Of a stretch of 18,556 nt of DNA, positions 9,361-17,072 are shown piece by piece. The notes beneath the pieces are model-generated. The model did not search any database. It was not told the origin of the DNA and worked only from the letters and a program-made list of their open reading frames with translations. The DNA is taken from contig JBDRBN010000142.1 in the NCBI GenBank assembly GCA_043822785.1, positions 1 to 18,556 on the forward strand, read 5' to 3'. Position 1 is the first letter of the stretch. The number at the start of each line of letters is the position of its first letter. The stretch comes from Pseudomonadota bacterium. GTDB taxonomy: Bacteria; UBA10199; 2-02-FULL-44-16; JAAZCA01. The position numbers and the translations under genes were made by a program.

Positions 9361-11145
9361 ATGGGACTGCATCAGCTGGATTGGGCCATTCTGGTCGGCT
9401 ACATGCTTTTAACGCTAGGAATAGGCGTAGCCCTTAGGAAACGAGCAGGCAAAGGACTCTCTAGTTATTTTCTTTCTGGCAGAAGCTTTCCTTGGTGGCT
9501 TGCTGGCACATCTATTGTTGCAACCACGTTTGCCGCCGACACTCCGCTTGCTGTAACAGGCTTTGTAGCCAAGAACGGAATTGCCGGAAACTGGTTTTGG
9601 TGGGTCACGTGCTTATCCACCATGACAGTGACCTTCTTCTTTGCAAGATGGTGGCGCAGATCAAGGGTGCTAACAGACGTTGAATACATTGAACTGCGAT
9701 ATTCTGGAAAATCTGCAGCAGCGCTTAGGGGCTTTTCTGCACTATATCGGGGTCTTCTTCTAAATTCTATCAAGCTCGCGTGGGTGCTTTTGGCAATGGC
9801 CAAGGTAATGGACGCAGTGTTTGGCTTTGAGAAGGAAACAGCGCTTCTTATTAGCCTTTTGGTCATACTTTCATATTCCGTGATGTCAGGCTTTTGGGGT
9901 GTGGTGGTCACCGACTTTTTTCAGTTCTTCATAGCCATGATTGGCACAGTCGTCTTTGCGATTTTGGCGGTAAAACACGTGGGCGGAATTGGCGGACTTG
10001 AATCAGGGCTCTTGGCTCAATATGGCACCAAGGGAACGAGCGACCTTCTGGCTATATTGCCCCCCATCGATTCTATATGGATGCCCTTCTTTACCCTCAT
10101 CGTGTACTTCGGAATAATGTGGTGGGCGGATGCAAGGGTAGAGGGTGGCGCGTATGTGGCCCAGAGGCTCATGTCCACGAAGAATGAAAAACACGCCACA
10201 CTTGCTAGCCTCTGGTACAATTTTGCAAACATCGCCCTAAGGCCCTGGCCGTGGATCCTTGTAGCGCTCGTATCGCTAGTGGTTTTTCCAGAACTTAAGG
10301 ACAAAGAAGCAGGCTTTCCCATGATGATGAACGTGGTGTTACCAATAGGTTTTAAGGGGCTTATGGTAACCTCATTTTTCGCAGCCTTCATGTCCACGGT
10401 CGACACCCTGATCAACTGGGGTTCTTCATATCTCATAAATGATTTTTATAAGAGGTTTGTGGTCAGAACAAAAAGCCAAAAGCATTATGTGATAGCTTCG
10501 AAAGTGTGCGAGGTGGGGCTTTTGACCATGGGATATCTCGTAAGCCGCAAGGCAGATTCCATAGGGGGCATGTGGAAGCTTCTCATAGCATTCACAGCGG
10601 GGCTGGGGGTTGTTTATGTTGCCAGGTGGTTTTGGTGGCGTGTGAATGCATGGTCAGAAGTGGCTGCAATGGTTGCGTCGGGCGTGACCACGATCATAAT
10701 CACAAAATATACCAACCTTGATTTTGCCCATCAGCTGTGTGTGATTTTGCCCATATCCATAGTCAGCTGGGTATCTGTAACGCTTTTCACTAAACCTGTT
10801 TCCATGGAGAAGCTTACGAAGTTCTACGAACGCGTGAGGCCATATCCGTTTTTTTGGAAGCCAGTGCTCCAAAACATTTCTGACCCAGCACTTAGAACCT
10901 GCCCAGACAGCTTTGCCCAAAACGCGCGCTCTTGGTTGTGGGGCGTGATCGCAGTATATTCACTGCTCTTTGCCATAGGTAAGTGGATATTCTGGCAGGT
11001 GAATCAGGCGCTCATGCTCACCGCTAGCTGTGCGCTCATGTGTTACCTTCTCTATCTAGAAATGAGACCAAAGAAACCAAGAGAAGAAGAGGAGGTTTTA
11101 GCTGAAGCAGCTTTGACCAGCGAGCCTTTGGCTGAGACCGAATAG
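9361..11145 (+). CDS. Sodium:solute symporter (SSS/SLC5) family transporter, substrate unknown
   Basis: YFLSGRSFPWWLAGTSIVATTFAADTPLAVTG, YIELRY, GVVVTDFFQF, YVAQRL, AAFMSTVDT, with many hydrophobic helices. SD-like GAGG upstream. Confidence 0.92.
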   Translation: MGLHQLDWAILVGYMLLTLGIGVALRKRAGKGLSSYFLSGRSFPWWLAGTSIVATTFAADTPLAVTGFVAKNGIAGNWFWWVTCLSTMTVTFFFARWWRRSRVLTDVEYIELRYSGKSAAALRGFSALYRGLLLNSIKLAWVLLAMAKVMDAVFGFEKETALLISLLVILSYSVMSGFWGVVVTDFFQFFIAMIGTVVFAILAVKHVGGIGGLESGLLAQYGTKGTSDLLAILPPIDSIWMPFFTLIVYFGIMWWADARVEGGAYVAQRLMSTKNEKHATLASLWYNFANIALRPWPWILVALVSLVVFPELKDKEAGFPMMMNVVLPIGFKGLMVTSFFAAFMSTVDTLINWGSSYLINDFYKRFVVRTKSQKHYVIASKVCEVGLLTMGYLVSRKADSIGGMWKLLIAFTAGLGVVYVARWFWWRVNAWSEVAAMVASGVTTIIITKYTNLDFAHQLCVILPISIVSWVSVTLFTKPVSMEKLTKFYERVRPYPFFWKPVLQNISDPALRTCPDSFAQNARSWLWGVIAVYSLLFAIGKWIFWQVNQALMLTASCALMCYLLYLEMRPKKPREEEEVLAEAALTSEPLAETE

Positions 11146-11148
11146 GAC

Positions 11149-14100
11149 CTAAACCACCATTCCCATCATTTGAGGCAGGCACGCTGCTGCAAGAGGCACT
11201 TGGGTGATAAGCCCAAGGCTAGCAGCCCTTGCAAAATCAAAGCTCGCAACCGAATTTGGGACGCCTATCATAGGCATGGAGCCAACCTGCGGAGCCTGAG
11301 GAAACGCTCGATATGGGTACCGAAGAGCGTTCCACAGCACCTCTTCCTTTGATCGAGGATCGCCGGGCAGAGGAACTGCGTTGCGGTCAACCCTGAGCCG
11401 CGCATAGATGCTGCGATTTTGATTTAAAAACTCGCCTATCTGTTCGCTGTGGGGGCCATGGCGGGCTGTTACTAGCAAGTATGAAAGACCACGCGCTATA
11501 TCCTCGTCGCCAGGCCTTCTCAAATACTGTTCGGTTGCAGATAGCAAGGTTGCGAGCTGAGACTCATCAAACCGCCCTTCCTCCATCAAGGCATCGTGGA
11601 TCATTCTGTAATTGTTTTGCTCGGGGAGCATGTAGCGGGCAAGCTTCTTGCCATTCAACGAGTCAACGAACGCCCTTGCTGGCAGCGTGAGCGTTTCAAG
11701 GTTCATCTTTGTGAGCGGCGCAGCAACAGGAAGCCTGCGAAGCGATCTTGCAAGAGCTCGCAACACGCTCTCATCTGCTTGGCCGCCGGCATTTTTAAGC
11801 ATGGATGCAAAGCTTAGAGCTGCAGGCTTGGAGCCAGCAAGGTCGTTGAACGTACGACCCAAAAGCGAGTTTGTGATGAGAAAGCCTGTGGTAACACCTG
11901 CGAGCACTGGCACAAAACCATCCCAAGGGCCAAGCGCGATGCGCAGCACGTTGCCAAAATGATCATAACCCAAAAGCCTTGCAGCCTTGTTTTGTGCAAA
12001 GCGTTTTGGATTTACCATGAGCATTGCGCCGTGAGTGGCGATTATAGGGAGAAGGCCAATCTGCCTACCCACTGATTCAGCGATCATCTGACCGAATGTT
12101 TGACTTTGCACAAGGGGATCAAAGTTGCTTGAAGCGCCCACATATAAGTTTATGACCTGTGCTGCAGCGATTACGTTGAACCACTGTATTTCGCTTAGTT
12201 TTCTGTTGCCGTTTAGTGTCTGCCCCAAAACCTGATATCCAGCACCCACCGCAGCGATACCCATAAGGTTCATGGGAAGCGAAAGAGGACCCACATCCAT
12301 GTAGCCTGGGTTTGCGCCAAGAAAATCTCCTAGATCTGCAGCAAGGGCAATGCCTCCGGGCACAAACAAGGGCCCAAGATTATTAAACCTGGTCCTAAAT
12401 TTTGGCGACAGTCTAGATGCTAGATAATAACCTGCGGAGCTGGCTTCATAAGCAGCCAGGGCGGTGCTGGGGACACCACCAATAAGCCGTGAAGAAACAG
12501 CATTTCCCACCCTTTCAACAATGCTTCCGTCAGCTATGGAATGAGCAGCATCAAGATACGTTGAATATGCAGCGCTTATCGTGGAGCCAAGGGTCGTGCT
12601 TGCAACGTGGTCAGCATAAGACCCAAGTGCTGTGCCCGCAGCTCCATTGATTATAGAACCAGCAATGGCTTGGGCTTCCCCCGCTATGACATTGAACGCA
12701 CCAGCAGGTATTGCGCCGGGTCCGTATATGGAACCTGATGCAAAATCTGATCCGGCAACAGGTTCGATAAGTCTACCGAGAATGGGAGCATCATCCAAGA
12801 TGCCCAACCCCGGAAGCCTTCCACCCATGATTGCATAAGGAAGCAGTGTGTTTGCTGCAAAGCCAGCTGCGTGACGAAAAGCATTGCTTAAGGAGATATC
12901 ATCTAGGCCAAGGGCCGTGGCTTCTTTAGCCTGTGGAGACCCCGCTCCGCTTATTAACCTTAAGGCGCCGTCCATGGCTGCTGCTCCAGCGCCTGCCGCC
13001 GTTAGCAGATCAGACATGGAGGCATCGCCGCCCGACACGGCATAAATCGCACCAGCAGATGCCAAAGATCCACCTGCCCAGGCCTTTACCGTATTCCATG
13101 TATTTGACCGCTGCGCATTTTTGAGAGTGTGAGAGGCCCAAAGCCACGCGCTCGATGCCTTGGGTGGTTTTTCCAGCTCATCTGGATCTTTTAGATTTCC
13201 ATTCTCATCAACAAATCGCGCCAGGTTCTTTTGCCTTTGTTTTTCTGAAACAGCGGAACCTGAGATGAACTCTTCCAAAAGACGTCTTCCCGCAGAACTA
13301 TTATAAGCGGACCCAATTCCACAGAGCTCTCTGTATGCTCTGTCCACAAGCCCAAGATGCCAAAAGTTTCTAGCAAGATCCGCCCTTAAACCTATGAGGG
13401 CATCCTTGTAGCCATTTGTATCAATCGGCAGATTGTTTTCGATATGTTCTCTGAGCCCTATGATCTTATCGATGTGAGAGAGGAACCTAAGCGTCTTCTT
13501 TTCAGCATGCAGCTTGTGCGCGCGTTTTAGATGAAGGCCTATGAGCTCCACATGGGCCATAAGCCTGGCTTCTTCAATGCCGTTTTGATGAAGGTCGTTA
13601 ATTTCAAGCGCTTGCTCATATTGTTTTATTGCCTCCTGAATTGTGCCAGATCTGTTAAGCGCCCTCCCCGTATAGACATGACCTAGCATCCGAAGAAGCC
13701 TTTCCCTTGCCGTGGTCGATTCTCCTTCGAGCGGGTTTGGAAGGCTTTCTTGCATGAGGTCTAGATAATGAATCGCATTATTGATCTCAGGCAGACCAGC
13801 ATTTTTAGACGAAGAAGCTAAGACCAGATCAGTATAGGAGAACGTAAGGCGAGCAACAGTATCCATGGCCAACTCACGAGGAAGAAAGCTGTGTAAGGGC
13901 GCGTGTCTTTCAAGATCAGGGCGCATGACCAAGTGGTGTATTATATCAAGCGCATCACCAGCAGCGTCTAGGGAAGCCTGCGAATCATCACGCGCCGCAT
14001 TTGTGTGGGCCCTTGAGATGGCTTTGTCAAAACGGTCAAAGAGTTTTTCTGCAGTTGCTATCGGACCCTCATTGCTTCTCAAGCTCGGATGTATTTGGAA

Positions 14101-14268
14101 AACGCCAGACGCCCCCGCAAGTTCAGCCAACATTTTTCCGGCTTCTTCTAGTTCGAGATCGTAGTCTAAATCGCTTGTTTTTGGGAATAGGGGACCGGCC
14201 GATTCTGGCGAATTGTACTTTGCCGCCACCGGTCCGAGAGAGGTCGGGTTGAGGTTTTCAAGAGCCAT
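11149..14268 (-). CDS. Large hypothetical protein (1039 aa): N-terminal TPR-like helical region, central Gly/Ala-rich hydrophobic region
   Basis: 3.1-kb uninterrupted ORF. TPR-like LGHVYTGRALNRSGTIQEAIKQYEQALEI. Many small-residue hydrophobic segments at roughly aa 395-810. No signal peptide and no family recognised. Confidence 0.8.
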   Translation of the reverse strand: MALENLNPTSLGPVAAKYNSPESAGPLFPKTSDLDYDLELEEAGKMLAELAGASGVFQIHPSLRSNEGPIATAEKLFDRFDKAISRAHTNAARDDSQASLDAAGDALDIIHHLVMRPDLERHAPLHSFLPRELAMDTVARLTFSYTDLVLASSSKNAGLPEINNAIHYLDLMQESLPNPLEGESTTARERLLRMLGHVYTGRALNRSGTIQEAIKQYEQALEINDLHQNGIEEARLMAHVELIGLHLKRAHKLHAEKKTLRFLSHIDKIIGLREHIENNLPIDTNGYKDALIGLRADLARNFWHLGLVDRAYRELCGIGSAYNSSAGRRLLEEFISGSAVSEKQRQKNLARFVDENGNLKDPDELEKPPKASSAWLWASHTLKNAQRSNTWNTVKAWAGGSLASAGAIYAVSGGDASMSDLLTAAGAGAAAMDGALRLISGAGSPQAKEATALGLDDISLSNAFRHAAGFAANTLLPYAIMGGRLPGLGILDDAPILGRLIEPVAGSDFASGSIYGPGAIPAGAFNVIAGEAQAIAGSIINGAAGTALGSYADHVASTTLGSTISAAYSTYLDAAHSIADGSIVERVGNAVSSRLIGGVPSTALAAYEASSAGYYLASRLSPKFRTRFNNLGPLFVPGGIALAADLGDFLGANPGYMDVGPLSLPMNLMGIAAVGAGYQVLGQTLNGNRKLSEIQWFNVIAAAQVINLYVGASSNFDPLVQSQTFGQMIAESVGRQIGLLPIIATHGAMLMVNPKRFAQNKAARLLGYDHFGNVLRIALGPWDGFVPVLAGVTTGFLITNSLLGRTFNDLAGSKPAALSFASMLKNAGGQADESVLRALARSLRRLPVAAPLTKMNLETLTLPARAFVDSLNGKKLARYMLPEQNNYRMIHDALMEEGRFDESQLATLLSATEQYLRRPGDEDIARGLSYLLVTARHGPHSEQIGEFLNQNRSIYARLRVDRNAVPLPGDPRSKEEVLWNALRYPYRAFPQAPQVGSMPMIGVPNSVASFDFARAASLGLITQVPLAAACLPQMMGMVV

Positions 14269-14313
14269 CTATTATTAAGCGGCTTTCCCTTTTAGAGAAT
14301 TCGCGTGAATGAT

Positions 14314-14356
14314 AAAAAAATAAAGAAAAAGGGAGCCATCGGGGATGGCTCCCTTT
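14314..14356 (-). terminator. Intrinsic terminator-like hairpin upstream of the 1039-aa gene
   Basis: Perfect 13-bp stem AAAGGGAGCCATC (14328-14340) / GATGGCTCCCTTT (14344-14356). On the minus strand it runs into TTTTTCTTTATTTTTTT. Confidence 0.7.
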
Positions 14357-14511
14357 CAGAAATTATATCTCTATTTATTTTTTTGGGCTTTTTGATACCC
14401 AACCTCCCCCTGTGGGCTTTATAATTGTTTAACGTGTTTTCGTTTTTTTGCAAGGAAAATTCAACTTGACTCTGAAGTTTAAAAATGGCTCTATGCCGCC
14501 ACCTTAAGGGT

Positions 14512-14546
14512 TTACGAGTCACGAGTTTCGAGTTGCGGATTTCAGA
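14512..14546. repeat. Degenerate 7-bp tandem array (5 units) upstream of rpmH
   Basis: TTACGAG TCACGAG TTTCGAG TTGCGGA TTTCAGA. Confidence 0.7.
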
Positions 14547-14567
14547 CGGCCTTGGCCGTCATTTTTT
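14545..14567 (+). terminator. GC hairpin plus T-tract in the rpmH upstream region
   Basis: GACGGC-CTTG-GCCGTC followed by ATTTTTT, about 45 nt before the rpmH ATG. Confidence 0.45.
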
Positions 14568-14612
14568 CACTCAGGGCCAAGGATTTTTACACTGCAGGGA
14601 GGAAGGTTTGTT

Positions 14613-14759
14613 ATGGTCAAAAGAACTTATCAACCGAGCAACAGAAAGAGGAAGAACAAACACGGGTTCAGAAACCGCATGAAGACCGCCGCAGGCCGAA
14701 AGGTGTTAAACAAGCGCAGGGCCAAGGGCAGGGCGAGGCTTGGCGTGGAAGCCAACTGA
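14613..14759 (+). CDS. rpmH: 50S ribosomal protein bL34 (absent from the ORF track)
   Basis: Translated by hand: [55 protein letters not shown] upstream. Confidence 0.97.
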   Translation: MVKRTYQPSNRKRKNKHGFRNRMKTAAGRKVLNKRRAKGRARLGVEAN

Positions 14760-14764
14760 TTGGT

Positions 14765-15121
14765 ATGCCAAAATCAAAGAAGTCTTCGCGCATGAACAGA
14801 GCGCAGGATTTTTTAAATGTAAAAAGGCGCGGAAAAAGCGCCCGCTGGGGAAAGATTGTAGTAGCAGCAAAACAGGGTGAAACAAGAAGGCTTGGCATCA
14901 TCGTTTCTCGCAAGGTCGGAAACGCGGTGGTTCGCAACAGGCTCAAGCGTATTATCAGGGAATGTTTTCGTAATAATCCAAACAGGTTTCCACAGGGCGA
15001 TTGTGTAGTGATACCAAATTCTTGTGCAAAGGATGTTTCAAATGATGGGATCAGAGCCGACCTGTTTTGCGCGCTGGATCTCCTTGCTCCAAAGCTTAGC
15101 TTTCTAAAGCACAATTCCTAA
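14765..15121 (+). CDS. rnpA: Ribonuclease P protein component
   Basis: RLGIIVSRKVGNAVVRNRLKRIIRE (RNR motif). ATG 5 nt after the rpmH stop gives 118 aa. Confidence 0.93.
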   Translation: MPKSKKSSRMNRAQDFLNVKRRGKSARWGKIVVAAKQGETRRLGIIVSRKVGNAVVRNRLKRIIRECFRNNPNRFPQGDCVVIPNSCAKDVSNDGIRADLFCALDLLAPKLSFLKHNS

Positions 15122-15354
15122 TGAAAGTTTTTTTAAAAATAGCGCTCAGCGCATATCGAATGTTTTTATCGCCAGCCCTTACTGTTATGGGAGCGAGGTG
15201 CCGCTATCATCCGTGCTGTTCTGAATATGCACAGACAGCGGTCGACAAGAAACCGCTTGGACGGGCCATGTGGCTTATCACAAGGCGCCTTTTAAGATGT
15301 GGTCCGTGGAGCGTTGGTGGGGTGGACTTTGTTCCAGGGGTCAGAGATCAGTGA
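15121..15354 (+). CDS. yidD: Membrane protein insertion efficiency factor YidD
   Basis: YRMFLSP...CRYHPCCSEYA...RRLLRCGPWSVGGVDFVP. TAATG stop/start overlap with rnpA. Confidence 0.93.
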   Translation: MKVFLKIALSAYRMFLSPALTVMGARCRYHPCCSEYAQTAVDKKPLGRAMWLITRRLLRCGPWSVGGVDFVPGVRDQ

Positions 15355-15377
15355 ACAGATTCTAGGGAAGGGAAAAA

Positions 15378-17072
15378 ATGAAAACACAATATCGTGCTAT
15401 TCTGGCCATTGTATTATCAGCAGCTTTTTTTATCCTCTATTACACGGTGATAAATCCGCCAAAGCCTACACCACAAGGGCCTGAGCAGACAGCTGAGCAG
15501 ACCAAGGATCAGGCTCAAGCTCAAGCGAGCCAAGTGGAGCCCGGGTCCCCCGAGGAGCTGCCCACAGCCAGCAGCCTAAGCCAAGATCCGCAAGCTGGTA
15601 TTACTATTCAAACAGCGAAGATCAGAAACGATTTGGTCGAGATGGAGATCACAAACGACGGCGGCGTGCTTACATCCTGGAAGGTGCTCGAATATCATGA
15701 AAGCACTGATAAGGCGAGCCCAAGAATAGATCTTGCAGCAAGCGACCCCACCCTGCCTGCTCCGCTCGCACTTATGCTTGAGGATTTAGACATAAGCCTG
15801 CCAGACAAGCTGCGCTATGAGATCGTGGAGACCAAGGAATCGAGCGCGGCCTTGCGTTGGCGCGGCAAGGGCCTTGAGATAGTAAAGACCATAAGCATGG
15901 ACCCGGGCTCTTATGTTGCTAACGTGGCTGTTGATATCAAAAACCTTTCAAACAAAGCGATCACGCCAAAGCCCGCGCTCGTATGGAGCGGCTTTAATGA
16001 AAAGCCACCAAAGAGGGGGTTTTTTAGTTTTCTCAGGGTCGGGCAGGTGGATGTTAAAAAACCAGTATACTATGTGGACGGCAAGGCGCACAGGGGCGAT
16101 ATTGCCAAAACAGAAGAGGTGAGCATTCCTGGTGGCGTATATTGGGCAGGCATTGAAAGCCGGTATTTTATAAGCTCAATTATTCCCAGAATTCAGGGCG
16201 AAGGTTTGGCAGTCCAATATGCCAGCAAGGCGCTTGCTGATAAAGCTCCTGGTGCTACAGGTTTGTGGGCAGGTGTGGTAGAGCCTACCCTCATCATACC
16301 ACCAGGCGAGACAGGCAAAGCTGCCTTTTCAGTATATTCTGGGCCCAAGGACATAGAGAGGTTAAAGGCCTTGGGAGTAAACATGGAAAAGGCCATTGAC
16401 TATGGCTGGTTCACCATTATTGCAGTTCCAATTCTATATCTTCTCAAGTTCTTCTACTCGATCATTCACAACTATGGCGTGGCCATTATCCTGCTTACGA
16501 TATTCGTGAAGCTTCTGTTGCATCCCATCAACGTGCGTTCGCTCAAATCCATGAAAGCCATGCAGCAGCTTCAGCCAAGGCTCAAGGAGCTGCAAAAGAA
16601 ATATAAGGGCGACAAGCAGCGCATAAACCAAGAGACCATGCAGCTCTTTCGCTCGCACAAGGTAAACCCTATGGGCGGTTGTCTCCCCATGGTGTTGCAG
16701 CTTCCCATATACATTGCCCTCTATAAGGTGTTGTGGAATTCCATCGAGCTGTTTCATGCGCCATTTTTCTGGTTCTACAAAGATCTCTCAGCTCCAGATC
16801 CATACATGATTACGCCAATTCTCTTGGGCGTCTTTATGGTAGCCCAGCAGATGCTCATGCCCAGCGCATCTACAGATCCAGCGCAGAAGAAAATGATGAT
16901 GCTCATGCCGGTCATGTTTACCGTGTTCATGATCTTCCTTCCTGTAGGGCTTGTGCTCTACATCCTGGTGAATACTGCCACGAGCGTCACTCAGCAGTGG
17001 ATGTATAACAAGGGCATAGGGCTTATGGATCTTGTGCGCGGCAAATGGAAGATGAAGGCCGCAATGGTCTAG
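15378..17072 (+). CDS. yidC: Membrane protein insertase YidC (Gram-negative type with periplasmic domain)
   Basis: N-terminal anchor, YSGPK, IDYGWF, NYGVAIILLT, SMKAMQQLQP, VNPMGGCLP, DLSAPDPY, GLVLY. Canonical operon position. Confidence 0.97.
   Translation: MKTQYRAILAIVLSAAFFILYYTVINPPKPTPQGPEQTAEQTKDQAQAQASQVEPGSPEELPTASSLSQDPQAGITIQTAKIRNDLVEMEITNDGGVLTSWKVLEYHESTDKASPRIDLAASDPTLPAPLALMLEDLDISLPDKLRYEIVETKESSAALRWRGKGLEIVKTISMDPGSYVANVAVDIKNLSNKAITPKPALVWSGFNEKPPKRGFFSFLRVGQVDVKKPVYYVDGKAHRGDIAKTEEVSIPGGVYWAGIESRYFISSIIPRIQGEGLAVQYASKALADKAPGATGLWAGVVEPTLIIPPGETGKAAFSVYSGPKDIERLKALGVNMEKAIDYGWFTIIAVPILYLLKFFYSIIHNYGVAIILLTIFVKLLLHPINVRSLKSMKAMQQLQPRLKELQKKYKGDKQRINQETMQLFRSHKVNPMGGCLPMVLQLPIYIALYKVLWNSIELFHAPFFWFYKDLSAPDPYMITPILLGVFMVAQQMLMPSASTDPAQKKMMMLMPVMFTVFMIFLPVGLVLYILVNTATSVTQQWMYNKGIGLMDLVRGKWKMKAAMV

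Noticed and set aside
14292..14522. 76-aa minus-strand ORF as a leader peptide
   Set aside because: Runs through low-complexity A-tracts and a terminator hairpin. The internal GGAGG abuts the TTG with no spacing.
14552..14764. N-terminal extension of RnpA (189 aa in the track)
   Set aside because: Overlaps rpmH in another frame. ATG 14765 gives a normal 118-aa RnpA.
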